This document shows, piece after piece, positions 1 through 13,275 of a DNA stretch of 64,000 nucleotides. This DNA is from Dicyema japonicum (taxonomy: Eukaryota; Animalia; Dicyemida): positions 5,390 through 69,389 of the forward strand of contig RDEW01000097.1 of the NCBI GenBank assembly GCA_011109175.1. The letters are read 5' to 3'. The position numbers and the translations under genes are program-made. Every line of letters starts with the position of its first letter. Position 1 is the stretch's first letter. The notes under the pieces are model-generated. The model had not been told where the DNA came from, did not search any database, and saw only the letters and a list, made by a program, of their open reading frames with translations.

Positions 1-99
1 GATTATCTTGTGCTTTATGATGATTATTAAATATTCCAATATTTCAATTAAATTATCTTCACTCTTTATTTTTTAAGAAAATCTCCGGGAAAATTTGTT

Positions 100-660
100 G
101 AAATTAATCCAATTCTTATATCTTCACCAAACAGAACAGAATATGGTGATTGTTTTATAGTAATAAAAAATATCATGAACAATGGTAATCTCATTCCACA
201 ATTCAGAACGTGTAATTAGTTTTTCAGCTGTAAACTCCACATCATTATCACTTATCAATATTTGCGGGCTCCAAAAATTAAAAAATTATTGAGAAGTTGA
301 AAAGCAACTTCTCCAGTACATTTTTGTTTTTAAAGCGCGAGGGATACAAAATATCTTCATATGAGCTTAATATACTAAAATCCAATTATAATGGCCATAT
401 GATAAAGATCTCATCAGATCAACCTGCGTACGAGATAAAAATTCTATCTATAAAATTTGACGAACAACACAAGAATTTGATTTGATTCTCTTTTCTGACA
501 GTGAATGCAAAATGACTTATATAAATCATCGAACTTTAATAAGTGTTTGTTTCGTGGTAATTAGTCTATATTTGTTATTACACAATTTGGATCTCTTTGT
601 TTTCCATGGACCACCAAGGTTCGACGTAAAAGAAATGGATATCTGGAAGTGTCATGTTTT
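100..660 (-). mobile_element. Degenerate KRBA2/SCAND3-like (Ginger-type) rve integrase fragment
   Basis: Minus-strand translation across frameshifts gives CIHCQK...EFLSRTQVDL..YNWILVY..RALKTK.CTGEVAFQLLNNFLIFG.PQILISDNDVEFT...KQSPYSVLFG, a DDE integrase core with stops and a deletion. Confidence 0.7.
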
Positions 661-1149
661 AACGGCGCACTATTTGACGGTCCCATTTTCCTAAAAGTTA
701 GCGAGACTGGGGTTAAAAAATTAAAATTATTTCAAACACCAAGGGGGTTAATTTAATTTATAATACATAAAAATTAAATAAACTATTAATTGGATAATTT
801 TGTTAATGGACGCGTCATGTAGTTCGCCGTTTCTGGTGGCGCAAGTTGTGGAATCTACCTCACAAACAAAAAGGATCCTTTATCCAATCCAAGAAGATTG
901 TTTTTCCTGGACAGGAATTGTCTAGATATTTCATGAATTGACTGAATTAAACTTGTAAATTATCAGTCATTTCATGAATTGACTGATTACTTGAAATTAA
1001 CGAATATTAAAAAAAATATATCATTTTTCTTCCATTTAAGGACAAATTCAAAGCTTACTATTTTTCGAAATTAAAAATTGCATCATTTAAATTTGCATAT
1101 ATCCTCTATCGAGGGTCCTCCCATGTCATTGATAATATTAAGATGTCGT

Positions 1150-2600
1150 CATGATCATATATCGTTTTATACAAGTGGAGGTCAAAAATGCAATTAAATC
1201 CCAAAATCTAACCTACTCAAGCGGACCAGATAAAAACAGCACTAACACAGATATACAACATATCCATAAATAGAAACACAATTCCAACAATGTAGAAGTT
1301 GCCCACATGCACCCAGTTCAGAAAACTTGGAAAACCAAAAGGGTCCCCTTCTTATTGACCAAATATCCTATTATGCGCATTGCAAAAATTCTGAGAAAAT
1401 GGTTTTGGACCGCATCCATATACCTAAAGAATCCTTCCAGAACTGATTTAAGAAAGACCTATCTACAAGAACTCATTTGCAAACCCTCATAAACTTTACT
1501 ATGGCGGGACTTTAGTCAAAGCCCAGGCACCTCAAAACTTTATTAATGCTCGGTTGACATCCGTAGAACTTATGACTCGGTTCCCAGAAAAATCCTAATG
1601 AGGAAGATCTACTGCTAAGAAATCCCCAGCATTTTCAAAAGATGGCTCGGGAACTTTCTCACTGGTAGAAAAGGAAAAGTCGTAACAAAATCCTGGCAAT
1701 CGGTCTCGAAATTGATTCCAAACGGCTTGCCACAAGGTTCCCCTTGTCACCGTCGCTTTTTAACTAATTCTTGCATGATGTTCCAATTGACTCAGACAAA
1801 AATTACATAACCTTTACGCATGTCGATGACATAATATATGCTTACAAGGATATATGTGTTACGACAGTTACGGACAAATTGCAAACTACTCTGGAAAGAC
1901 TTCAGGAATGGTTTGAAAAGAAATTCAATGTTAACGTCCACAAAAAAGTCTTTTACTTCTTATTTTACGTTGAATAGAAGGGTATGTCTCTTCTATGTCT
2001 CCTATATAGCATTTACGGAGATCGGGGAGTGCAGATTCAAGGTATATGATGAACTATTTTCTAATGGTGAATTAATCCCAATAAGAAACAACCTAAGATT
2101 CTGGTAGTAACACTTGACACCCTCATGACCTTCAGCACACATGTGTCAAACGTAATCAGTGCCTCGGCACGAAAGCTTAACTTCGTGAAGGTGCTCGCCT
2201 CAAAATTTAAAGGATTCTCAATCAGTTTTTTTATCAACGTTATACACTCAATTCACCATCTATAAGTTTTGGATGTGCAGCTTGGGGAACAAAACTTGCC
2301 AAAACAAACATGGATAAGATCAACTCCGCCGAATCTATATGACCAAAACAATCTTCCGAATCACAGGACTAGCAATAAGGGCAACACCATTTGAGGTTTT
2401 TGTGAGGAATTCTGGCGGCATATTCACCCAAAATGGAAAACCGCCAGAAGAACGGTGTTATCGAAAATGTGTCGCTCCCCGAGAGAAACACTGGGAAAAG
2501 GTGAGAATGTTGCTGAGAGTAGCTAAGATCACCTGATGGCGTTTTCCTTTTTAAAATTAGTTTACCTGGTGATTTTTGGCTATTAATGTAATAATAATAA
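1150..2600 (+). mobile_element. 5'-truncated degenerate LINE (RT domain plus 3' end)
   Basis: EVKNAIKS..SSGPD, DIRRTYDSV, GLPQGS.LSPSLFN, HVDDI; ends YRKCVAPREKHWEKVRMLLRVAKIT* followed by a (TAA)n tail. Confidence 0.85.
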
Positions 2601-3019
2601 ACTCATTAGTAAACTACAAACTTTTTATTAAAGACACGTGTAATCATCGGCCATCCTGCACGAGGAATTCTCTGAATCTCCCTTGAGCAGCATCGACCGT
2701 ATTAGAGGCCCATTTGACTTTGTCATCATACTTTATTATTATCAATGATTGCCTGTAGAGAGAAGATTTGGCCAATTTGCCAGGTTGACAACTTTAATTT
2801 TAATGTCTTGGCTTCTGTAATTAGCGAATATATTGTCCCACTGTTTACTATTGTCTCAAGCACTGTATTTTTGACAGAAAGCGTCAAGAGATACGTTCTC
2901 AAGGGTTCTCTGACACAGTTGCTTGTATATTGCGTGGATATTTCTATCCACCTTCAAACTGTCACGAGTCCCCTTGTCGAATTTAATCACAATAGTCATT
3001 CCTTAGAAGATTTTTATTC

Positions 3020-3190
3020 AATAAAGTTCAAAAATTCATATGTTTTTAAAGTTGTTTAAAACTTATAAAAATGTAGTTTTTTAATCAAAAATATTATATT
3101 AATCAAAACTTATAAAAAGTCAAAATTTTGGGTAATGTCAAAAAAGGTTTAAAATTTAATTTTTTAGGTCAATAAAGTCAATTTTTTAAT
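3020..3190. repeat. AT-rich dispersed repeat (second copy ~7910-8075), probably DNA-transposon subterminal sequence
   Basis: Near-identical tgtttaaaacttataaaaatgtagt..ttaatcaaaaatattata block at both loci. Confidence 0.6.
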
Positions 3191-4969
3191 TATAATTTTA
3201 GAGTTTTTAAATAAATACTGGCGTAGGATCAATTATCATGATTCACAAAAATGACATTGAAAAGATTAACTCTTGGCTATAAAAAATCTGATGAATTTTC
3301 AATCAACTAACAAGGAAATCTTTTTTGGAATTTATGTGGATATTTGTAACAGCAAAAAAAAACAATTTTTTATTGAATCACATCGATCGCCTGAGAAGCA
3401 TATCAAATTAGCAGGTTTATATATTTTTATTACTATTTTAAAAGGAGTCAATACTATAAAGAAACAACTAAGGCTTTTGTTGAATCCGATATTCCCTTGC
3501 ATAAGTTGAACAATAAAAGCTTACGAGACTTGTATGAGAGTATTGGACATTATCTTCCTTCTACGTGCCTATGAAATGTAGAAAATTATAACAGAAGCAG
3601 CTTTACAGAATTAAGATATTTTTAGGTTTTATTTCATTCATTATAGATCTGAAAAATTTTGTTTTGATTGACGGAAACTGATATTCAGGGAAAAAATATG
3701 TCACTTATTGAAAAAAATTTCTGATCCCAACAAAATATTTTTTAATATCTTGTGTCATTGTCTTCTGCGGCTAACTCTTCGATTATCTGTCAGATAATTG
3801 ACTATGTTCTAAAGGATTTTTGGCTCGGCTGTTGAACACATTCAGAAATTACATTTAGGTGATGATTTATGTGGAATCGGAAAGTACATGAATTAAGATT
3901 ATTTGTTAATCAAGTGCTTTCTTTTACCAAAGTGGAAAAACATCATATTCTACATATGTTTTACTACTATCTTAAGAAACTGTCCTTCGTACATCATTAT
4001 TTGGTGAGAGAAGTTTCTTCATTAAAAAATGTACTATCTAAAGACCGAAATTTTTAAACCGAAAACGTTTTGAAATACACATTCTGTATTAATTGTTGGT
4101 CAGGGTTTGTTCTATATTTACTCAAATTTTTGAAACCATTTTTGCCATATAATCATGATCAAAAAACAAGAAATGCTCTTATTCATCGAGAAACTATATT
4201 TCGACTCTATCACAGTTGAATTTGACTAAATTTTTAATTATTACAAATTTAAAAGAATTTATTTTTTAAATAATAATAGTTTGGAAAATCATAAAAAGCA
4301 ATATATTAATGTATTTTTTTTTAAGTCTAATAAAAATCTAAAAAATGGTAAATTCCTCGAACGGACGGTGAAATAAATATATATTGGGCTAAAAACGATG
4401 CCACAATAGTTTGAAATAAAGAATGCGTAATTTTTTGCATTACTTTAATAGATACCACCAGAAGGCAGTATATAATATGATCTTGATAAAAATCGCAAAA
4501 AATAGCTGAATTTAAGGACATCTCTAGAGCATGCAATGTATTATCCAATGGTTAATATGATCTGAATAAATAGAAGAACTATGTGCCAAATATAACCGTC
4601 TTGGAAATTAGATTTTTAAAGTGAACAAAAAATTATCAATCCATTTCATGCTTACAAAATGTCTTCAAACGAATCATCTGATTAAGGAGAATCCCCTGAA
4701 TCGTATTTTTTTTCAAATTTGAAATAAAATATAGCTGTAGAAATAAACTAGATATATGTCCTAGTGGAAATTTTGGGTTTGGATTTCATCTTCAACGGAA
4801 TAGCACGTTTATTCTTCATAAAGATAATTAATGGTAAGACGGTCGAAACTCTTTGGTTGTATTATTCTTAAATGTAATTCAGAGTTATTAAAGACGAAAG
4901 AGAAACGATTACTATTACAGTGGACGGATGTCACCTCATATGTGATTAATGGCATCGAACGGATTAGAG

Positions 4970-6960
4970 CAGCGCTTATCGATCTGGGTGCGAGAAATTT
5001 TTCAAGGGGTGCAAGAAATAATCTTAAAAATTATGATTACTTGTACATAGATGCAAATGATCATCAAATAAAATATATAACAAGGGAAATTAAATACATT
5101 TATATTTTCTCATAATTTATTATTAAATGTTAGAAAAATTTGGCTTAATAAAAAAATAAACTCGTGGTTGTCTATGTCAACGTGTGTTAAAATTCGAAAA
5201 TGGAAAGAAGACTATGTTGAATATGGCTTTGTTTTGTGATGCAATTTTATCGAATTTAAATTTGAAACCATCGAAGCTGAACGGACATTTTAAATCTATC
5301 ACGGAGGTGCAAAATGTTCAGGAAATGATTTTGAATGTTTGAAGGCTAAAAGGGCATGATAAGATATCTAATGGAACTCTTCCGAAGCTTGGATTTACCC
5401 CCATTGACAAACCGTTATTTATGGCGTCATTCAAAATTACATATGAAGTTGCGAAATCAAAAAAGCCAAATACTATTGCGGAGACTCTTATTAAGCCGTG
5501 TGCATTGGAAATTGTGAAAACAGTTCTGGGTCCAGACGCCTCTCGAAAACTGCAGCAGATTCCTTTATCTAATAGTTGTATCCGGGACCGAATTTACTAT
5601 ATCAGCGATGATTTTCTTGGACAAGTTGTTTCGGACATAAAGAATTCTTGTATCAAGATTTCAATTCTGTTGGATGAATCTACCGATGTTGATAATTGCA
5701 GTCAACTAATTTGCTTTGTTCGTTGTTTACAATAAAATTTAATTGACGAAGAGTTTCTTTTTGTAAACCTCTAGAAACAGAAAGTTTTGCAAAAAATGTT
5801 TTTTCAAATAATCGAGACTTTTTAATGAACACGATAGTTCATTGGAAATAATCAAGTTAATTGGTACGGACGGTGTTTCAATTTTGCTTGGGAACGGATC
5901 GGAGTTTGCAGCCCTTTTAAGAAAACATGTTCCAGATGTAACATTCACTCACTGTATCTTCATCGACATGCACTCGTATCTAAGTCTCTGCCAATAAAGT
6001 TAAAAGATGTCTTTAATTCGTGTTAAATCGTAAATTTTATTCGAGGAAGGCTTTGAATCATAGATTGTTCAATGCATTATGTACTGATTATGATGCTAAC
6101 GCCACTATTTTCTTGTATCATACTGATGTTAGATGGCTGTCTTCAAGAGGCCGTGTTTTAACAAGATTTTTTATTCTCAGACGTGAAATCGAACAATTTT
6201 TATTTGAAAAAAAACTCTGAATTATTTGATTGTTTCAAATCTCCATATTTTGTTATTTTTGTGGCATATTTGGCTGACGTTTTCAATGAAAATAAATGAG
6301 CATCATAAATGCTTCTGACAATCTACGTACCTTCAGGAATAAACTGTTGTTATGGACTCGACGTATTCAAGACATTAATTCTGCAAATTTTCTAACGCTA
6401 GATGAAATTGCTATTGAATTCAACTCTACTTTAGATAAAAATATTAAAAAGAAATCAGCATCATCATAAATATTTAAAACTTTAATTTAATGAGTTCTCA
6501 ATCGGAAATATTATAGATTCTAATTCCTGGATTGTTGACCCATTTACTTTCAAAAACGAAAAGATGGATGATAGAAAAGAGCTTAAAGACAATTTGATTG
6601 AAATGAAATCATCTACATCACTGAAAATGTTATACGACTCAAATTCTTTGGAGGTTTTTTGGTGCGGTTTGCAATTTGGTTTTCCGACCCTTGCAAAAAA
6701 AGGAATCTGGAATTTCATCTCTACTATATACAAAAAAATAAGTACTGAAACGCTCTAATCCCTGAAAACGATCTCAGAATTGCATTGGCAAACAAAAATC
6801 ACGCTTCGGAGAATAAAAACTAACATACAGGTAAAGTCTCAAGGAGCTTGACTAATTTTTTGAATAAAATTCGAATTCTCTTAGATTTAAAATTTGGGGG
6901 TGCGAGGTTGGTTTTTAAAATTTTTGGGAGTACAAACTCAAAACGAATCGAGAAGCGCTC
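4970..6960 (+). mobile_element. hAT (Buster/Charlie, ZBED5-like) DNA transposon, with both ends present and a decayed transposase
   Basis: TIRs cagcgcttatcga / tcgagaagcgctc; perfect 8-bp TSD GATTAGAG at 4962-4969 and 6961-6968; motifs KKPNTIAETLIKPC, LDESTDV..CSQL, IGTDG, THCILHRHAL, YHTDVRWLSRG. Confidence 0.95.
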
Positions 6961-7536
6961 GATTAGAGTACCCATAATTCAATTAGACGTCAATTTTCAT
7001 ACATTTCTGACTAGTGGCTGTTGTGTTAAATTTTGACTGTGACTGTGGAAGGGAATGTTCTGTAATTTCATCATTAGCCTTCAATGTTCTACACCCTAGT
7101 CACACAATTTTAAAGCCACCTTCAAGTTTTAGTGCGTTTTATTCAACTCAGAACAATGAAAATCAGGAAATAAAAATTAATGACAATGGAATAGGATGAC
7201 AACATTTTCAATATTTAAAATTTGAGGATTTTTTGAAAATTGAATACACTGACAATGAAACAAGCAAAAAAAGGAAAATGGATTTACTGTAATAAAGTTG
7301 AAATTCACATAATTTCTTCACAATTAAAAACATCATAATGAACTGATGAATCATAGATTTATTCGATAAAAGTTTGATAAATCCTGCATTTTCAATTGTG
7401 AAGAAATATTAATATAGAACATATATAAAAATAACAACAGACAACCACAGTAGGTGATGAAAACTTGCAAATTCTAATTAATTAATGATGATTAACCATT
7501 TAAAAATATAAATTTTGATTAATATAATTAAATAAT

Positions 7537-7890
7537 TTTTTTTATAAAATAATTTTTTTAACAATTAAACAAATGTCAGTTGAGGAAGCCTGCTGCGTGG
7601 ATTGCGAACGAGTTCCCTCGGAGTATGGCTATTCCAATCTTTTGTCTTATCCATAACACTACTCGTTGAAGCCTTTTCTTTCTGGCAAGCAATCCTCCGA
7701 GTTCTCGCAAGAACTCAGCCGTCATTGGACCAACGGCTCCCGAGGATTCGGTCGCAACAGGAGTAAATCGGTAGCGATCCCCGAGGCAAAAATATTTCTT
7801 GATTTTTAGGTTCTCCGCAGTCGAAGCAGTGTCTGAACCAATATGAAAATATTCGTGCTTGAAAACGTGTCTACATAAGTTGCGTCCCAT
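7537..7890 (-). mobile_element. CRE-clade non-LTR retrotransposon 3' fragment (RLE endonuclease end), subfamily A
   Basis: KKY..L.DRYRFTPVATESSGAVG...QKIGIAILRGNSFAIHAAGFLN*, short 3'UTR and A-rich tail. Confidence 0.85.
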
Positions 7891-8258
7891 AAATAAATTA
7901 TTTATTTGATTTTTGTCAAAAAGTCAAAAATTAATATGTTTTTTAAAATTGTTTAAAACTTATAAAAATGTAGTCTTTAATCAAAAATATTATATAAATC
8001 AAAAGTTATTATGTCAAAAATTGGATAATGTACAAAATGTCAAAATTTAATTTTATAGGTCAGTCAAATTTTTATTCGATCAATATCATAAATAGAGCTC
8101 AATGCTAATTTCAAAAACTTTCCACTTTAATCATTTCTAGGCACTAATAAAAGATCATAAGATCCCAAGATCCCGGGGATTGGGGACAATCGGAGACAGG
8201 CAACGTGGGTAAAAATCGTTTAAGGCAATTGAGAACACATTCACAACAATAAACTATC

Positions 8259-9703
8259 ATAAAATGAACTTTATAACAAATATCTTATATATAGAGGGTG
8301 CCTCAAAAGTTTATTCGGAGTTGTATTAATAAGAGACAATCAGGATAAACTTAATAATATAAATTGAGCGGTAGTTCTTGACTGCGACATTAGGTCAGAC
8401 ACTAAGTTTCTTTCACTAGTACGTACCGTGGGTCAATTAATTAATAATTATTTATCAACAAAGACATCACAAATAATAAATTTCTAATCACCGTTTGTAA
8501 AAAAAAAAAAATAAAAAAATAATAACCCATAAAACCGGTGTTGATGAGTACACATTGAATGCCCCTAAAAGACCATTATTCACAATGTCTACAATCACAA
8601 CAATCCAAACCCCTAACAACAGAAGTATTCATATTAATTATATCACTATCATCCCTTACAGGATCAGGAAGCGGCAGCACACGATATGGAGTTTTCTCAA
8701 GCTCTGTCATAACAATGCAAGTACCACCTGAATCGACATCATTTTTTATTTGTCTAATTGATTGACTTTGTTTATTCAGAGATGAGACCTAAATTAATTC
8801 CAATAAATACGGATAAATGGCTTAAAGGAACCTATAAATCATAATAACAAATACATCCAGTTCGAAGTCATCATTATTTCCTTCAATGTTTTCTACAATA
8901 ATAATATTAATAACAATAATAAATAAACATTATTATTAAAATATATTAAAAAATTTCAATAATAAATAAAACCAGTTTTCGACGGGCAATCATTTCCTTC
9001 ACAATAAATGGAATTAAACTCCTCTTCAGGGGGCTGTGTTGCCTCATGAGTTGAAACATCCCTTTCATAAGCTTTGTTGTAATCAATTTGTTCTAGGACA
9101 TGCTTTTCTTTGGAAGCACTTCAATCATTCATACTATTACCTGTTTTTGCTAACTTTGGGCAACTTGTTAATTTTGGCATCAATAGCCTTTATCCTCAGC
9201 TCTGTGGCTTTTGTCAGTCTCACAGATGATAACATTGAATGTGCTAAAACTTAAACTTGTGGTAAAACTTGCAAATGTAGGAACGTGCAGGGGCTTGGGG
9301 GAATTAAACGTTTGTTTAGTCTCAAAGTTCTTTTGTTCTTTGTGCTCAGCGACTAAAAATGGTTTTGGTCGACATGTTTTGATGTTTTCTTTTTTTTCTA
9401 GCCAATGTTTTAGTTTCATTTTCTATTGTCGATTTCTTGACATGATTAATAAACGAACTTTTTACGACGGCATTTTCCACGTATTCTGAATGCTCTTTAT
9501 CTTCGCTGTAACGATGGGTCTTTTGGACAATTCTCATGTTTCTATTTTTTAGTTGGTTCTGCTTATATATATGTTGTATCCAATTTGTGTAATCATTTGT
9601 GTAATCTTTTGTGTAATTAGTCAATTTATGAAATGACTAAGAATTTCAGTCAATTCACGAAATTACTAAAAAATGATTCAGTAATTTCGTGAATTGTCTG
9701 GAC
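8259..9703 (-). repeat. Duplicated unit of unknown origin (second copy 42298-43306)
   Basis: Long near-identical alignment with 42298-43306; this copy has an extra ~430 bp at ~8498-8925. Confidence 0.85.
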
Positions 9704-10670
9704 CAGTGGTTCCAACCTTAAGGTGGTCGCGGAACCCTTTTGGGTTAATTTATTTTTGCAGAACCCTTTCAATTCAATTATTACAATTTTAGTTAAAACA
9801 TAATCGTAATAATTATTATTATTAATCGTAACCAAAAACAATTTTAATGTGAGCATTAGTTGTGTAAAGTTAGGAGTTATTTTTGACAACTGTATCCTCA
9901 TATTAGCAAAAGCACTGAGTTTTTTCTATATTTTGTTTTGGTAGATGTATATATTGAAATCCCCGACTCGCATAAGTAAGTCGTTGGAAAAGGTAATATT
10001 TTACGTACAGCCTTTTCGGAGATATCAGGCTGTTTTGAAATGTATACTCTTCAAAAATTAAAAAGGGATTCATTATATATATAATTTTACGTTGATTCTG
10101 ATGTAAAATCAATAAGGTGTTTATATTCAATCGACGTTAGATTTGCTGGTATTAGTTTAACTTTGAATGGATTTTGAATCCAGTCGTCATCAAATTTTGG
10201 AATGTTATTATGCAAAATTACCAATTGATATTTGATGTTTTGTATCGTCTAATGCGCAAATTGATTCATCAAGATATTTTGCAGAATGACAAAGCATGTA
10301 ATGTTATTTTGATTTACGGATGACAGTCAAAATTTGTTCACCGTAAATATACTCGATGATTTTTTTGAACATGGCTTTATAAGATTTTCGGAAATTGTAT
10401 GTGCCTCTTTACAACGATCTACAAAATAACTAACTTTCATAAGATGCTCTGGTCGATTTAAGTTGTCGTCTTTAGCAAAATTGGATATTTCGAACTTGCT
10501 CGTTGTAGATGTATTAAATTTGTTTAGAAAAAAGGAAATATCTTTATCCTTTAAATCAGGATGCTTCATCAATTAATGTCTTGATACTTTGGCAGGAACA
10601 AGAGATGTATTAGGTATTATATGATGGCATATTACATATTCTGCCTTATGCGGTAAATCAGATCCGTTCC
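9704..10670 (-). mobile_element. hAT (ZBED5-like) internal-deletion derivative
   Basis: Terminus cagtggttccaacc; minus-strand remnants VICHHIIPNTSLVPAKVSRH..KHPDLKDKDISFF (BED finger), HTISENLIKPC, FPTTYLCESGF; related to 40780 and 43307 copies. Confidence 0.85.
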
Positions 10671-12099
10671 GAGGAGCATAGTGTCTGATAATGTGAATCT
10701 CCACGCAACAGAAGCATAGTCCACAGCCGACGCGATAGTTTGCCTGTAGTGTTGCAACGGAAGCATCCAAATCCAGAGTTCTCCGGACAAGCGCGCGTAC
10801 AACGTTCAACTTCTGCAGGTTCAGGTTCAACTTCAATAGTACAACGTTCAACTTCAATATTTCAAAAAAATATGATGGATTTGTGAATTTTGTTAGATTA
10901 AAATGTATTTTGATGGTTTTGCTTGCATATTCAAGAAATGGCAGATTCGAGAGGATTTGCTGTATGTGTTGCATGCTACACTCACGTCATTTGCTTCATA
11001 ACTAATTCAGAGAGCGCCTAGCACAACTTTCATTCTATCTCGCACCAAACAACAATTTATGACATACTGCCAGTGTCGACCACACAGATTACTTATTAAC
11101 CTAGTAAACAACAACTACATTTTAACAATAACCATTTACGTACATGCACCAAACACACTCCATCTATCTGGTCTAGCTTACCAGAAACTAGCACATACTC
11201 GTTTTATCGTTCTGCAGGTTCACCTAGAGTAACCCTGTTACGACTTTTACTTCTTTAAATGAATAGGCTTGGGTGTCTACTCCCATCCATACTATAGCAA
11301 GATCTAAGAACCTCACCAAATCATATCGGTAGTAATAATGATATTTATTGTGGTGACAAACAAACATCATAAAAGACACGAATGTAGCCAATAAAGAAAT
11401 CAATGATAACATAGGTGCAGTAGTCCTGTTTACCGAAAGAAATTGTTCCCAGACTCTTTAATCCAAAGTCTTAATTGTTCTGCTTGACCAATCTAATATA
11501 TCAGATGGCCTATAATCGCAAGAACTTTTAATGACAAACTCTAAAAAACAGACTTGGAGGCAAATTTGAAGAGTTTGTGAACTCCAATTAAAAAAAGTTT
11601 TTCTACCCAATTGGATCAGGAAGTTGAGAATAGAACTCAAATGGAAATCTCTTATTTCAGAGAATGTACACGCGAGTTTTATCCTTGAATTACCAAACGA
11701 CGTCAAAATGTTCAAAAACCCTCAAATTCTTTACCAATTTTATAGAAAAATTGTAGCTGCGATCAAGGCCAGAGTAAACGAGTAGATTAAGTCGTTCTAA
11801 GATCATAAATGGTATTATCGTGGTAAACAAATTGATCAATTAATTGGTAAATACCAAGTTAAACTAGTCATTTTGTTCAAACTGTCAGTGAACTGTTACA
11901 ATGGACTGATCGATTTTGAACGGTAAAATATGAGCTCACTGACAAAATACGCGAAATCCTCACACATCAATAAAGTATGATTTTATTTACCAAGATTTTA
12001 ACTTGGAAGGGAATTGATGTCGACGAATATTTTTCAGATTCTTCTGAGTCCTGGAGAAGAAGGAGTGTTATAATCTAAGAAAATGAAATCCTACGGGTC

Positions 12100-12360
12100 A
12101 TTTATTTATTTAAAACCAAAATCATTGACATAATAAAAATATACGTGGTCGTCAGGTAAATCAGCCTCCTTTAGTATCCGCCTCATCCTTTTACGACGTT
12201 CGTACTTAGAACCTATGCATTTCCTGTACTCACGGGACACTTTACTGGATTTTGGATATGACAATCGGGCTCCAGTTTCCTCACAAGTTCCTCGAACAGA
12301 GTCGGCATTAACCATAAGGAGAAGAACCTTGTAGGGCCTTCGTAACATTGAATCCAAAAA
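12100..12360 (-). mobile_element. LINE 3' end (RxCVG family)
   Basis: YRKCIGSKYERRKRMRRILKEADL followed by (TAAA)n tail. Confidence 0.7.
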
Positions 12361-13019
12361 TACATGTGACCGAGTTTATTCACCGAAAATACAAAGTATA
12401 AACTTTTTCTATTTTTGCGTAAAAAAATTAAATGATTACATAAGAAATAGTTAATCTAGCAATTAAGCTCATTCCTGTTTTTCATGTGAGTCATTTGTTC
12501 GTAGAAAACACTTTTTACATTTGTAGTGAACAGAAAACGATGACTCCGCCTGAGATGATAGAAACCTTTGAATAACTGAAGTATCAGAATTTAGTTGAGC
12601 TGGTGGCGTGGCTCTTGAAAAAATTGTGTGTAAACCATAAGAACCAAGTTGTAACGAACATTAACCCCTGCAGAATTGGGACTCTACAACTCAAAATTAA
12701 TGATTCATCTCCCTCTAAAAGTTACCTAACACTTCACAGTGGATGATTGCGAAGAATCCTGAGGAAATTAATGATTTCTAGTCTCAACGTTGTACTATGA
12801 TGATGAACATTCCTTATGAATGCTGAAGTGGGTACTCTGAGCAATGTGGAGGAAACCTTCAAGGGATGGCATAGTATGGGAAGAAACCTGCCATGAATCT
12901 TAATTATTAATTTTTCTAAGGAAAATAATTTATTTATTAACAACACTACCTTCATACCCTAGCACAGGAACAAGTGGAAAGTGATGGTTAGGTTTCCTAT
13001 GGTTTGGAATGATCATGAA

Positions 13020-13275
13020 ATTTATTTATTTTATTTATTTATTCACACGCGGTCCTTTCGAGAGGAAGAAATCGGTGGATAACAAGAACGTCACAGCCAA
13101 GAACTGACGCTATCAGAGATCCGACAGGGATAGTCGGTTTTTGTGTAGAACTAGGAGGTGTATCCGGACATGAGAAGAGGTGACCCTCCTGGTCGTTAAG
13201 AAAGCATGATAGGCATAGTGGTATGGACGATCGCCCAATCCTGCACAGATATAAAAGCAAATCCGTGCGGTGATC
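13020..13275 (-). mobile_element. LINE 3' end with CCHC knuckle
   Basis: H...LLYLCRIGRSSIPLCLSC....GHLFSCP, then (TAAA)n tail. Confidence 0.7.

Noticed and set aside
1150-2600. RT as a group II intron, retron or DGR
   Set aside because: LINE-type RT motifs, 5' truncation, simple-repeat tails and dispersed copies indicate non-LTR retrotransposons
2640-2990. Possible LTR-retrotransposon aspartic protease remnant (LETIVNSGTIYSLI, minus strand)
   Set aside because: Single degenerate motif with no LTR, RT or integrase context
4327-4548. Hydrophobic short ORF (also 53977-54180) as a membrane protein gene
   Set aside because: No recognisable motif; such ORFs arise by chance in AT-rich DNA
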